Shown here piece by piece: positions 11,011-21,492 of a DNA stretch of 64,000 nt. Made by a program: the position numbers and the translations under genes. Position 1 is the stretch's first letter, and each line of letters starts with the position of its first letter. The stretch is from a virus (lineage: Duplodnaviria; Caudoviricetes). Below the pieces are notes generated by a model. The model did not search any database, was not told the origin of the DNA, and worked only from the letters and a program-made list of their open reading frames with translations. The stretch is taken from positions 160,001 through 224,000 of the IMG/VR virus record IMGVR_UViG_3300029288_000057; one strand, given 5' to 3'.

Positions 11011-11916
11011 TTATTTGCTGTTATATTCTTTTAATAAATTTTCTAATGAAATAGAACAATTTAAACTTTTAGTTAAATTTTCTTTCCAAGGTATCATTTC
11101 TAAATTACATATATTTCCAATTATTTTTGGGCAAACATTGTTTCTAAAACCAGAAGTTATAGAATATTTGTGGTCTAAATGATATGCGTTTTTATTTTTT
11201 GCGCCGCCTCTTTTTTCGTAGTTTTTTAACTCTGACAATGGTTGTTTATTAGTTTCACATCTTACTTTTTTACAATATTTTTTAAATTCTGGCAATGTTT
11301 TTTGAAACTCCTCATATGTATATCCTGTTTTTTTTAAATATATGTGGTCATATAATCCGTTTTCTTTTCTTTTTTTTCTTGTTGTCCTTACTTTTTCTTT
11401 TGTTTCTTTAGATTGTTGTATGCCAATCATTCCCTTATTTTTATTTTCAGTCCTTACAATACTAAGATTTCTTAAAATTCTTCCAATACCACTATAGGAC
11501 ATATTTGTTAATTTTCTCACTTGGTTTATTGATTTTCCTTCTTTATATAATTTAACAATTTCTTCTTGTAGTGGATTAATATAATTGAAGTGTCCTGCTG
11601 GTCTGATATTAATTTTGTTAGAGTGTAGAATGTTTAAAACACTTCTATGTGTACATTGTGTTATATCAGCAATTTTACGTGATGTAAGTCCTTCTTTATA
11701 TAATTTTATAATTTCATCAATAGGCAATAAGGTGCCCCTTAATTTACCTTTCTTTGATTCGCTTAAATTTCTTCTTTTAAATCCGTTTCTTTTAAGAATA
11801 TTTGAAATAGCAGTAGAGCTTAAATTAAATTTTAACCCAACATCTGTTGTGCTTAATTTTTGATTTAAATATAAATCTAAAATTTTGTTTTCTATATCTT
11901 TTGATGTTTTTACCAT
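11011..11916 (-). mobile_element. Free-standing HNH homing endonuclease with three N-terminal HTH repeats
   Basis: YHLDHKYS..NLEMIPWKENLTKS HNH motif; three I..LY..G.S...A...repeats; start reassigned to ATG 11916 to remove the overlap. Confidence 0.75.
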
Positions 11917-11932
11917 GTTAACAACTTGAATA

Positions 11933-13840
11933 TTAAGCAATTCTACAGCGTATGTCCTTCTCAGGGTAACGCACCTCAAACATTGACACTGGCGTACTAA
12001 ATATAGTATTGTCTATAAATTCTATTTGTGTTTTATAAACACCTTGTACCAAATCTTCTGTTCCTTGTCCAGTGGCTTGTGAGCACAAAATTGAAGAATA
12101 TAATCCTCCTTCCATATTGTAAAACCTAATATCTACAACATTAATAACCCCAGGCACCTCTCTTAAAATATCTGTTAATTGTGAAACATATATATGTTGA
12201 TTCATTTGCCAGTTATCAATATTAAAAAAATCTTTAATTTTTAAAATTGCATTCAACTTTATTTCACTTCCATTATATGTCTTATCTGTAAGTAAATCTG
12301 CTTGTATTTCCAGATTCACAAATTTTCCATCATTAATTTCTACAAAATCATTAATCATTCTATATGGAAGAAGATACTCGGCCAAATTTCTTTTTACCTC
12401 TCCAGTGGAGACCGTGTTAAGCTTGTCGTTTGCATCTTTCGTTAAAAAATATAAAATAACCTTATTGTCATTTACCTCTCCGTGGATTCTGAATGGAGCC
12501 CCAAACTTTCCAGGGATTTGATATGCTCTCGAAATATAATCCTCAAGTGTTACACATCTATCTTGAGACGCAAAATTTGATGCTATAAAATTCTTTATTT
12601 CACTAACCGTTGGCAATCCCCTGCCTCCTATTGCTGGTATTGGGTTAGTTGCTCTAATAGATGATAATACTGTTTGGTTTATGTTTGCATCTGAACCTAA
12701 GATTACTCCAGTTACATTTCCAACAGATTGTAACACATTTGAACCGACATTACTTAAAGAGCCGCCACCAATTCTATATTTTATATATATTGTTGAATTC
12801 CCTGGAACCATTACTCCCAATGCTGGGTTTAACAGTAGTGAAGACACATTTAGGCTTGTGTTTAGATTGCAACAACTAACGTTTGTAAGTCCTTGTAAAT
12901 ATTCTTCATATGAATCGTAATTTTCAGACCCCCCACCAAAAGTTAGTTTACAAGTTCCATCAGACATAAACTCTTTAATAAATCTTTTAGAAACTTGCAA
13001 ATATTTTCCTATTTTTACTCCATTAACACTTGGTTCATTATCGTCTTCCACAAAAATTCTATCCGTTGCCAAATAATCAACTTCCCAATATCTTTTGTCG
13101 TTATCGTGATAATCTTCATAAGTTGGGGTTTTGCTTAATCCAACTCCAGTTTCTACTATTACATCAACTATTTCCAACACATTGTTTTCTGGTAACGTAA
13201 CCTGCATAAATGGTTTTTCATTTCCAGATACAACTTCTACTTTTAAAACTCTAGTAATTCCTGCTTTTACTAATTCTCTTTTAAGAATTCTATATTTTAT
13301 AAGGTCTTGATTTCCGTTTAATACTGGCTGAACGGTTCTGTTTGCTTTCCCGTCCTCACTGAAATCACTTGAAAAGTCCACTTCATTGACGGTCTCAAAA
13401 GTTTGACCACCCCCTCCAATTTGAAGTCCTGGCCTTAAAACTGGTGTATAATTATAATCTGGACCATCTGTGGTTGTTGGAACTTCTACAATTATATCTA
13501 CAATGGTGAGTGCTGGTCTAACTCCAGGGACTTTAAAACCCATGGTTTTCGCCATTCTATATACAGCACTTCTTTGCTGCACCCCGTCTAAGAAAAGTTC
13601 GTTATATTTCTTGTCAATGGAGTATGAAAGTAAATCTCCAACATAAGCATTTAAATCTAAGAGAGCCATACCTGGTGATGCAACGTTAAAATCTTGCCAT
13701 TGCTCTGGGTAAAAAGCTTTTAGATAATTAATTAAATCTGTTCTTATAGTTTGGAAATCACTACTTAAATAGTTAACCTGTTGGGTACCTACTGCTGATT
13801 GAGTAAATTGTGAGTCTAAATTTAAACTGGTATTTGGCAT
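11933..13840 (-). CDS. gp6: Baseplate wedge subunit (T4 gp6-like)
   Basis: DFQTIRTDLINYLK..DFNVASPGMALLDLNAYVGDLLSY..QDRCVTLEDY typical of gp6/baseplate J. Confidence 0.9.
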   Translation of the reverse strand: MPNTSLNLDSQFTQSAVGTQQVNYLSSDFQTIRTDLINYLKAFYPEQWQDFNVASPGMALLDLNAYVGDLLSYSIDKKYNELFLDGVQQRSAVYRMAKTMGFKVPGVRPALTIVDIIVEVPTTTDGPDYNYTPVLRPGLQIGGGGQTFETVNEVDFSSDFSEDGKANRTVQPVLNGNQDLIKYRILKRELVKAGITRVLKVEVVSGNEKPFMQVTLPENNVLEIVDVIVETGVGLSKTPTYEDYHDNDKRYWEVDYLATDRIFVEDDNEPSVNGVKIGKYLQVSKRFIKEFMSDGTCKLTFGGGSENYDSYEEYLQGLTNVSCCNLNTSLNVSSLLLNPALGVMVPGNSTIYIKYRIGGGSLSNVGSNVLQSVGNVTGVILGSDANINQTVLSSIRATNPIPAIGGRGLPTVSEIKNFIASNFASQDRCVTLEDYISRAYQIPGKFGAPFRIHGEVNDNKVILYFLTKDANDKLNTVSTGEVKRNLAEYLLPYRMINDFVEINDGKFVNLEIQADLLTDKTYNGSEIKLNAILKIKDFFNIDNWQMNQHIYVSQLTDILREVPGVINVVDIRFYNMEGGLYSSILCSQATGQGTEDLVQGVYKTQIEFIDNTIFSTPVSMFEVRYPEKDIRCRIA

Positions 13841-13851
13841 TTTTTATTTTT

Positions 13852-14232
13852 TTAAGGTTGTATAACAAAACTTACTGAAACATTATCTTCTACTTTTAAA
13901 TCAATTATATAATAATAAAGAGTTAAATGTAAAAGGTGCGTCTCTTCTTCAAAAACAAATTTTATTTTTCTCACATCTATTTCTGGAAAAAAATCAGCGA
14001 GCTTTTGTTTTAACTCATCTGTTAATGACGCTTCACTCAACTCATCCCACACTTCCATAATATAATCATATAACGGGGAATATAGTGCATTATTCATGAC
14101 TCTTTGACCTCGTTTCATGGTTAGGAAAGAAGTTAAATTAGATTTTATAGCTTCGGTGTCTAATTGTGTATATCCAATTACACCGCCGTTATACGTTTCT
14201 TCAAATGGAAATTTTATACCTAATGATTGCAT
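13852..14232 (-). CDS. gp25: Baseplate wedge gp25-like protein
   Basis: GIKFPF..AIKSNLTSFLTMKRGQRVMN GPW/gp25 pattern, adjacent to gp6. Confidence 0.85.
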   Translation of the reverse strand: MQSLGIKFPFEETYNGGVIGYTQLDTEAIKSNLTSFLTMKRGQRVMNNALYSPLYDYIMEVWDELSEASLTDELKQKLADFFPEIDVRKIKFVFEEETHLLHLTLYYYIIDLKVEDNVSVSFVIQP

Positions 14233-14249
14233 AATTTACTTTGTTTAAA

Positions 14250-14330
14250 TATAAATATTCCTTAAAAAAAAATAAACGTTTATATTTATGAGTAAGCATT
14301 TTGAAAAAACAATAAAATAGGATATTTATA
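14250..14330. promoter_or_regulatory. Divergent late promoters
   Basis: TATTTATA on minus strand at 14250-14257 (gp25) and on plus strand at 14323-14330 (ORF 14342). Confidence 0.65.
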
Positions 14331-14341
14331 ATAAAAATAAA

Positions 14342-15757
14342 ATGTCAGTTTTTAGAATATACCCATCAAAAAGCAATACAATTGCTGGAGGTTCATATGT
14401 CGCTTTAAATTCTGGGCAAAACGCCGTAACAGACTTGTGGTACGGCGGCGGCGGAACGGACACCGCCCCAGAAAAAAGAAACTCATACAGCAGATTTTTA
14501 TGTAAATTTGATTTATCTGATTTACAAAGTAAATTTAATTGTAAAGAAATTAACGAATCTTTAGTTTCATCATATAATTTAAGGCTAACTAATTCAAAAC
14601 CATCAGATTTAGCGCTTGAGGATGAATATGAATATGATGTCTTACACAAAAAGGTCGCATCCTCATTTGATTTAATTTGTTTCCCAATAAATAAAGATTG
14701 GGACGAAGGAAGAGGATATGATTTAATAAGAGAAATTTATATAGTAAAACAAAAGGGGGATTATTTAATTTCAGCAGTGTCAAATTGGAATTATGCAACA
14801 ACCACAACTGCATGGGATGAATCAGGTGTATATACAAACCCAACAGCATCTACATCTTTCTATTCTACACAACATTTTGACATAGGCAATGAAGATATAA
14901 ATATGGATATAACCAACATTGTAAAAAATTGGTTAAGTGGTGGGTCAGAAAACTATGGTCTCGGAATAGCTTATAGGAGAGATTATGAGCTATTAAGTAC
15001 CGACACAAGATATATCTCTTCATTTTTTACAGAAAAGACGAACACGGCCTTTAAACCATGTTTAGAGGTGATTTATAACCAGGTAATACAAGACGATAGG
15101 AAACAGGTCTCAAACAATAGACCATGTAATCTGTTTTTATATACTTTTAGTGGACATAATTTCGCCAACATAACCCTTTCCGCCGTAACGGTTGATATTA
15201 AAAGGGGAAATACCAATATATATACTGGTTTGACGCCAACACAATTGTGCACTGGAACATATTATGTTAACGTTTGGATGTCTGGGGCAACAGCTGGAGA
15301 AAAGTACACAGACGTTTGGAACAATGTAAGTTTTAGCAATTATGATAATCAGAACATAGAACAAACTTTCCAAGTACAAAAGAACTATTATACAACAACC
15401 AAACCAAGTATTAATGAATATGTTCTTGAAGTGTATGGTGTTGAGCAAGGTATGATTGTGAATCAAAATGAAAAAATAAGAGTTTATTGTGATTTAAGGG
15501 TTAATTATAGCACATCACAGCCTTCCACTTCTTATTCTTTGCAGTACAGGCTGATTATGAATAGCCAATCCGAAATAATTCCGTGGACTGAAGTTAATCA
15601 GGCTGTAATTGATGATTGCAAGACAAATTATTTTGATATAGATGCCTCATGGTTGTTAAGCAATCAAACATATCAAATAAATTTTAAAATAAACGAAATG
15701 GGCACCAGCAGAGTTATGCCAGAAAGATTAGACTTAAAAATTATAAAACCATTTTAA
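14342..15757 (+). CDS. Virion protein with DNRLRE/CBM96-like domain
   Basis: FDLSDL..FPINKDWDEG..MDITNIVKNWLSGGSENYGL..KPCLEVIY pattern. Confidence 0.55.
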   Translation: MSVFRIYPSKSNTIAGGSYVALNSGQNAVTDLWYGGGGTDTAPEKRNSYSRFLCKFDLSDLQSKFNCKEINESLVSSYNLRLTNSKPSDLALEDEYEYDVLHKKVASSFDLICFPINKDWDEGRGYDLIREIYIVKQKGDYLISAVSNWNYATTTTAWDESGVYTNPTASTSFYSTQHFDIGNEDINMDITNIVKNWLSGGSENYGLGIAYRRDYELLSTDTRYISSFFTEKTNTAFKPCLEVIYNQVIQDDRKQVSNNRPCNLFLYTFSGHNFANITLSAVTVDIKRGNTNIYTGLTPTQLCTGTYYVNVWMSGATAGEKYTDVWNNVSFSNYDNQNIEQTFQVQKNYYTTTKPSINEYVLEVYGVEQGMIVNQNEKIRVYCDLRVNYSTSQPSTSYSLQYRLIMNSQSEIIPWTEVNQAVIDDCKTNYFDIDASWLLSNQTYQINFKINEMGTSRVMPERLDLKIIKPF

Positions 15758-17067
15758 TTAATTCTGACATGATTTGATAGGATATTCTGTAGAAATCCGT
15801 CTACGGTATATTTCTTTAACTCATCCGATATTGCTGTTGACAACAAAGGTGTTGCAGGGTTATGAATATGTTCTAATAATAATCTAATTATTAAATCAAG
15901 AACCCTAACTGCCTCATCTCCAAAAACAGCTGGGTGAAGTGAATCTGAAAATGCACCAAAAGATTTTAAATCTTTGTTTATTTCAAAAGTTTTTAAATCG
16001 TCTCCCCTAAACTTTCCCCTGGGAGAGTAAATGTTAATATTTGTTGATGTCAGTGTTGCTTGTGAATATCTTTGCAACAATTGTTCATTATTGGTTGGCG
16101 GCGTTGTTGCCGATGGAGTTTTTTTTGTGTCAAAAGTTGCTGGTAAATTTTTAAACTCATCTTCGGTAGATGTAAAAACCCAAAGCTTATATTTTTGCTT
16201 TGCTTCTTTAATTTTTTCATTTAACCAATCAACAGTTTGTTTTCTTTCCACGAAAGTATTCAACTCATTTTTTAACTCAAAATTGTTTTTTAATTCTGTA
16301 ACAATTATTTTACCGACAAATCGATTATTAACATCTAAACTTATGCTAACATTAATGTTGTGGGTTGGGTCTGGAGAAATTGTAGATTCCTGTGTTTGTT
16401 GGCTTGCTCTTATTTGTTTTAAATTTAAATAGGAAGGCGTCTCTTCATTTATTGTAAAATTATTTTCGTTAAGTTTCCCAGAAATTAACAAAGCCTCTCT
16501 GTTTTTTAATATCAAATCTGCATCATTTCTCCCTTGTACTGCCACGTCTGATTCTGCTGGGAAAACACTGGCGAGGTCTAAAGAGCTATTAATCTTTTTG
16601 CTTGACAAAAAATCTGTTTTGTTAAAAATTTTAGCAGAATCTTCATAGGATTGAAACTTTAACTTTAACTTTGACGAAATGATAGGTCCAATCCAATATC
16701 TAACACTAGCACTGTTTTTTGCGTTTTCCATAATCACAAAAACCATTTCCCCCACCTGTGGTCTTACGTGAAAGAACTCTGGTAAAAGCGGAATGCATAA
16801 AACCAAACTATCGTCTGATATACCCCTATCCTTCCCAGCATAATTATTAAAGTTTTCCTGATTGTTTGATGTAGATTTTCCTTGTATTTTTCCGTCATCA
16901 TCAAGAGTTACAATTCTTGCCCTTATTCTGTTTTGCTCTGAATTATCATTGGTGCCATATGGAACAACAATCGCTGGATATATTGCTCTATCATTTTCTA
17001 TGCTAGCGCTATAATCTCCTTGCCCAGAATTTTGAAGTGCTCTTTGTGCTAAAACATCATCTTTCAT
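15754..17067 (-). CDS. Baseplate hub/central spike protein (gp5/VgrG OB-fold)
   Basis: AIVV..NRIRARI..PLLP..VRPQVGEMVFV..RYWIG OB-fold; C-terminal EHIH (HxH) spike motif. Confidence 0.7.
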   Translation of the reverse strand: MKDDVLAQRALQNSGQGDYSASIENDRAIYPAIVVPYGTNDNSEQNRIRARIVTLDDDGKIQGKSTSNNQENFNNYAGKDRGISDDSLVLCIPLLPEFFHVRPQVGEMVFVIMENAKNSASVRYWIGPIISSKLKLKFQSYEDSAKIFNKTDFLSSKKINSSLDLASVFPAESDVAVQGRNDADLILKNREALLISGKLNENNFTINEETPSYLNLKQIRASQQTQESTISPDPTHNINVSISLDVNNRFVGKIIVTELKNNFELKNELNTFVERKQTVDWLNEKIKEAKQKYKLWVFTSTEDEFKNLPATFDTKKTPSATTPPTNNEQLLQRYSQATLTSTNINIYSPRGKFRGDDLKTFEINKDLKSFGAFSDSLHPAVFGDEAVRVLDLIIRLLLEHIHNPATPLLSTAISDELKKYTVDGFLQNILSNHVRIN

Positions 17068-17069
17068 AA

Positions 17070-17228
17070 TTAACTCTTTTTTATTTCTTCGAGAACTTTA
17101 ATATATTCCATTTCAATTGCATCCATTTCCTTCAACATATCTTCAATCACTAGCTTTAGCTCAGCATGTTTATCTGCCAACTTTTGTGCACATTCTAACA
17201 ATTCTTGTTTGCTTTTTTTGTTTTCCAT
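17070..17228 (-). CDS. Small coiled-coil protein (52 aa), missing from ORF track
   Basis: MENKKSKQELLECAQKLADKHAELKLVIEDMLKEMDAIEMEYIKVLEEIKKS fills the gap between neighbours almost exactly. Confidence 0.7.
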   Translation of the reverse strand: MENKKSKQELLECAQKLADKHAELKLVIEDMLKEMDAIEMEYIKVLEEIKKS

Positions 17229-17229
17229 A

Positions 17230-17646
17230 TTAATTAGCAATCCCCACTCCTTCTTGGGCGTTTACAGTTGTTCCAATAGACACAACAGGCCCACCAGCAT
17301 TTGCCCCATTTGCATTAACGGTACCTCCTGGAAATATACCTATATCAACCCTCATGTCATTTTGTATAGCATCAACAATTTCTTCACATAAAACAATAAC
17401 AAATGCTTCCATTACATTTTGTGCCCCGTTTACAAGAGGACCACTTGGTAGGCCAATTTCTTTAAATCTTGATAAAATGGAATTTGCCAACACTTCTGGA
17501 CTTAACCCTGGCCTTGTCTTTTGTGCTAAAATCTCATAAACAGTTAAGCTTCTGTTTATCTCAGACGTATCATTAATAAAAGTTAACAACAAATCTGCCG
17601 TTTCATCTGCCACGTTTAAATTGGGGTCTATATCTATAAATGCCAT
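17230..17646 (-). CDS. Hypothetical baseplate-region protein
   Basis: 138 aa, Gly-rich C-terminus (ANGANAGGPVVSIGTT). Confidence 0.55.
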   Translation of the reverse strand: MAFIDIDPNLNVADETADLLLTFINDTSEINRSLTVYEILAQKTRPGLSPEVLANSILSRFKEIGLPSGPLVNGAQNVMEAFVIVLCEEIVDAIQNDMRVDIGIFPGGTVNANGANAGGPVVSIGTTVNAQEGVGIAN

Positions 17647-17655
17647 ACTAAGAAA

Positions 17656-19131
17656 TTAAATCATTGGAATACCAGATGTGTTGTTTTTAAACTGAAGCGC
17701 TTTCGTAACCTTAGACATTAGTGCAACTTGTTGTGCCGCTTTATCAATCTTCTTTTGTGCTTTTCCAGTAGGACTTGTGTTGTATTTGTCTTTCATTTTT
17801 TCAATTTTTCGTTTGGCTCTTTCTTGTGCTCTGGAAGTTATATATTTTATAATCATCTTTTTCACTTTTTCAAGAACATATGCTAAAAGAAATCCTATTA
17901 CCATGTTTAAAATTAGGTTACATAGTATTGTCATTAATGTCACTTTCTTTTTTTGTGCAGTTGTTAAGCTGTCTTTTTTATATCCGCTTTGCATAATTTC
18001 GCAACTTGTGGCTGGTACATAATCCCCAACTCTTTTCCCACTAAACGGGTCAGTAGTAACCGAACCTGGGAAAACTGCATTTAACAACCCATCTGTCATC
18101 ATTTGCATTGCAGCTGGAGCCATCCCTTGTGCTTCTCCAGGAACAGCGCCAATTATGCCAACAAAAAACGGACTTAATAAACAAGTTATAGAAGAAATTA
18201 AAGTTTCTAAAAGTTTTTGAGCAAAGCTTTTTGAACCAGTTTTTGAATTTGATTGACTGCTTCCTCCAGAAGTTTGTTTTTGTATTTGATTGGCGACAAG
18301 ACTAAATACATTTACCATGGCCTCTTGTGGTGTTGTGGTAGTAGAGCTTGGGAATCCTGGTGGAGCATCTCTAAATAAATACATAGGGTCATCTGGTAGG
18401 CTAATTTCAACCCCTTGGCAGGTAACTTTAAATGATAAATTTCCATTTTTTATTTGCTCCATCTTTTGAAGCTTGTTATATGACAATTCTCCGTAAGTGT
18501 TGTTTGCTGGACTTGACACGCTAAAAATTTCGTCTCCTCCGCAGGAAGCTTCATCAATCAGCTCTGCCAATCTTGCATCATCATTTACTAATCCGTCTGG
18601 TCCAGAAGCTGCCTCTGGTTTTTTTGGCTTTCCAAAAAGCAGAATCATAAGCTCTTGTAGTATTCTTGTTCTTAATGCCTCTACAACCGTAGAGAGTGGT
18701 TGTCTGATATATGCATTGGAATTTAACCATGCATAGTTTGCATCTGTCAATGTCTGCTTATCTTCATCAGTTAACTCATAGTTTGGGTCAATTGTATGTG
18801 GGTCGAGCATTGGAACTGAAAGTGATGCAGATGAATCAAGTTTAGATTTTTGAGCGGTTGCCAACCGTGCGGTTGCGTTTAATATTAAGTCTACCAGCTT
18901 TTCTGTTCTAAAAAGGTCATTAAGAAATGCTGTTATTAATATTTGTGGGTCTATACCCATTGACCTTAAGACTTTAATTAAATAATCAAACATGGACATT
19001 CCATCTTCTTTTTTAAATTTAAATTTCTTTAAAAAAGAAAAATCTGCCAAATTTTTCATTGACCCCATTTGGGCAATTAACTTAGCTTGAGACTCGCTTA
19101 GAGGTTGGTCTAAAGGTATTACGTATGCCAT
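17656..19131 (-). CDS. Hypothetical protein with C-terminal hydrophobic helix
   Basis: 491 aa; LMTILCNLILNMVIGFLLAYVL followed by a basic tail. Confidence 0.55.
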   Translation of the reverse strand: MAYVIPLDQPLSESQAKLIAQMGSMKNLADFSFLKKFKFKKEDGMSMFDYLIKVLRSMGIDPQILITAFLNDLFRTEKLVDLILNATARLATAQKSKLDSSASLSVPMLDPHTIDPNYELTDEDKQTLTDANYAWLNSNAYIRQPLSTVVEALRTRILQELMILLFGKPKKPEAASGPDGLVNDDARLAELIDEASCGGDEIFSVSSPANNTYGELSYNKLQKMEQIKNGNLSFKVTCQGVEISLPDDPMYLFRDAPPGFPSSTTTTPQEAMVNVFSLVANQIQKQTSGGSSQSNSKTGSKSFAQKLLETLISSITCLLSPFFVGIIGAVPGEAQGMAPAAMQMMTDGLLNAVFPGSVTTDPFSGKRVGDYVPATSCEIMQSGYKKDSLTTAQKKKVTLMTILCNLILNMVIGFLLAYVLEKVKKMIIKYITSRAQERAKRKIEKMKDKYNTSPTGKAQKKIDKAAQQVALMSKVTKALQFKNNTSGIPMI

Positions 19132-19505
19132 TATTTATCTTCGTTATCAGGCTCTTCAAAAACTCTTGAGCTCCTGGTTTTTTCTACTTCATCTATTCTT
19201 TCTGCAATAGCATCTTTCCAAGAATCAGAAAGATTTAAATTGATGTCTCCGCTGACTTCATCTTTGTAAACAATACTTTTTATTTCTTTTGCTAAAGCAG
19301 CAAGGTCATTTGTTGAAACCGATGCTAAATTTAAGAATGCCACAGCATTTCTACCCATTAACGTGAATTGTTCTGGGTTTTCCATTTGTTCATCAGCTTT
19401 TCTATATCTATCTAGTGCAAGTTCTCTTTCTTCAAGTTTGTTCTCGAAAACTTTTTTTATTAGATTTAGATAGCCGTCTTTTGAGATTTCTACATTTTCA
19501 GCCAT
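19131..19505 (-). CDS. Hypothetical protein
   Basis: 124 aa, TATTTATA at 19521-19528 (minus), 1-nt overlap with next gene. Confidence 0.6.
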   Translation of the reverse strand: MAENVEISKDGYLNLIKKVFENKLEERELALDRYRKADEQMENPEQFTLMGRNAVAFLNLASVSTNDLAALAKEIKSIVYKDEVSGDINLNLSDSWKDAIAERIDEVEKTRSSRVFEEPDNEDK

Positions 19506-19544
19506 AATTATTAATTTTATTATAAATATATGACTAAAAAAAAA

Positions 19545-20561
19545 TTAATCTTCTCTTTTTTTTACAAATTCTTGCTTTAAAACTTTATAAGTACCTCTAA
19601 ACCTATGTAAGGAATAGGTTATGTCCTTTGTTTCAAGACCAGTGTTTTCTTTAATCAATTGATATACTTGATTTTTATTATAAACTCCTAAAATTTCATG
19701 ACTCCTAAATATTTGAATTATTGCGTCTCCAACCTTTTGGTCGTTTTTTGACAGGGTGCTTTTGTTTAATTCTTTTTCAATGGAGTTTATGATGAAATTG
19801 AAGAGTTCGAAAGATGTTTCTTCTTTCATATAAGGTTTGGGGTCCTCTATCTTTTTATTGTCTGCTTCTTCTTTATTGGCATCATAATCATAAAGAATTT
19901 TTGTGCTTTTTGAATATTCTTTTTTATTTCCTAGAAAATAATGTTTTGCTATAGTTCCAAAATAAGAGAAGGATTTTGTTTTTCTCCATGGATTAAAGTT
20001 GCAGAACTTAAGATATAAAAATGTAAAACAATCTTTTTGTTGTGTTTTCGAGTCCGTATCTGGTAAAAACAATTTATAATTAAACAAAATATTTTCTACC
20101 AATTTTTTGAGCGGTACTTCTATTTTCTCCCTAAAAATCTTTTCCCTTTGTTCGACACGGTTTGCTATTAATAAAACCTCCTCCATCCTTCTTTGCATTT
20201 CATTGCAATAGAATTTATTCACAACTCTTTTTTCTTTTTCTGCCTCTTCTTTTTCTTCTTTTATTCTGTTTTCATAAAAGAATTCGTTTAAATATAAAAA
20301 GTCAATAATTCCAGCTTCTGTATCATCAGTCCAGTATGTTTTAACACACTTTTCATCAAGGATTAATTCCTCAGACTCAATACTTAATTCAGATTTCTTT
20401 AAAATTTCCTCTTCTAGCTCATCTTGTAGCGCAACATCATTGCTTGACAAATCGTCTTGAAGTTTGACAATATCTGAGCACTCTTCGTAAAGAAAGCTTA
20501 TTACATCATCTTCGTTTTGCTCATCAAGAATTATTTTCTTTTTATTGTTTTGCTTTTTCAT
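19545..20561 (-). CDS. gp55: Late-transcription sigma factor, T4 gp55-like
   Basis: FCNFNPWRKTKSFSYFGTIAKHYF resembles sigma region 2 of gp55 (NFDPEK..FAYFT.I...F); start reassigned to ATG 20561. Confidence 0.65.
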   Translation of the reverse strand: MKKQNNKKKIILDEQNEDDVISFLYEECSDIVKLQDDLSSNDVALQDELEEEILKKSELSIESEELILDEKCVKTYWTDDTEAGIIDFLYLNEFFYENRIKEEKEEAEKEKRVVNKFYCNEMQRRMEEVLLIANRVEQREKIFREKIEVPLKKLVENILFNYKLFLPDTDSKTQQKDCFTFLYLKFCNFNPWRKTKSFSYFGTIAKHYFLGNKKEYSKSTKILYDYDANKEEADNKKIEDPKPYMKEETSFELFNFIINSIEKELNKSTLSKNDQKVGDAIIQIFRSHEILGVYNKNQVYQLIKENTGLETKDITYSLHRFRGTYKVLKQEFVKKRED

Positions 20562-21492
20562 AAACCTTATTTCTGTCAACATCAAAGAAATATTCTTTTT
20601 TGGCTAAATCCATCCAAAACTTACCTTCTTCTGGAATAACACCACCTTGTTCAACAGGAATTTGTGTAATATTCTGTGGAATTTTACAATATGTGTGTTT
20701 AAATGAACTATTGCTCTTTACCCTAAATTCATATCCTATTCTTGGAATGCACATCCCTTTCACATCATTATAAATCATTCTCATTAAAAATTCATAATAG
20801 TGACTTATTTTTATACTTTCTTTAAGTGGATAATATTTATCATCTTTTTGTTCACTGTATTCTTTGAGAGCATTTGTTCTAAACATGGCGCCTATTGGGA
20901 CGACACAATTAAATCTAGACAAAAGGTTTAAGTCTATTTTGCCAGCCTCTTCAGAAAGTCCTTCAGCCCATGGAGCTTCATTTACCAAACCGCTAAAAAC
21001 TCCATTTACTGTGTTTCTGACAATTGGGAAAAAGATTGAAATGTTTTCATTTTCAATTGCGTAAGAATTTGCACAATTATACCAGTTTAATCCAGCTACA
21101 TCATTTGGCTCTATTATTGAAATAAACTCATATTCATTTTTGAGTGCAATATTAAATGCCTCATTAAAGATTTTTGGGAAATTATCAATTGAACATGGTT
21201 TGATAAAATAATTGATTTTTTCCTCTGCTTTTATTTCTTCTTCTTCTAATATTCCCGTTTTATCATTTTTCTTTCTGATTGTTATTACGGGGCTCTTTAT
21301 TGCAGTCTCTAATAAGTGATAATTTTCGCTTGTTACGTCAGAAAAACTTTCTGGACATAACACCAATAAGTCCACTTTGTGTGATTGCTGAGCAACACTA
21401 TAAAACGTTTCGTTTAATGTCACCAAATTACTTAAATCGTCTACATATATAGCGACAAGTATATTACTGTTTTTTGAGTCCTTCAAGTTCAT
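20542..21492 (-). CDS. Divergent GT-A (GT2-like) glycosyltransferase
   Basis: SVAQQSHKVDLLV..FNEAFNIAL..FISIIEPND..GAMFR..YEFLMRM. Confidence 0.6.
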   Translation of the reverse strand: MNLKDSKNSNILVAIYVDDLSNLVTLNETFYSVAQQSHKVDLLVLCPESFSDVTSENYHLLETAIKSPVITIRKKNDKTGILEEEEIKAEEKINYFIKPCSIDNFPKIFNEAFNIALKNEYEFISIIEPNDVAGLNWYNCANSYAIENENISIFFPIVRNTVNGVFSGLVNEAPWAEGLSEEAGKIDLNLLSRFNCVVPIGAMFRTNALKEYSEQKDDKYYPLKESIKISHYYEFLMRMIYNDVKGMCIPRIGYEFRVKSNSSFKHTYCKIPQNITQIPVEQGGVIPEEGKFWMDLAKKEYFFDVDRNKVYEKAKQ

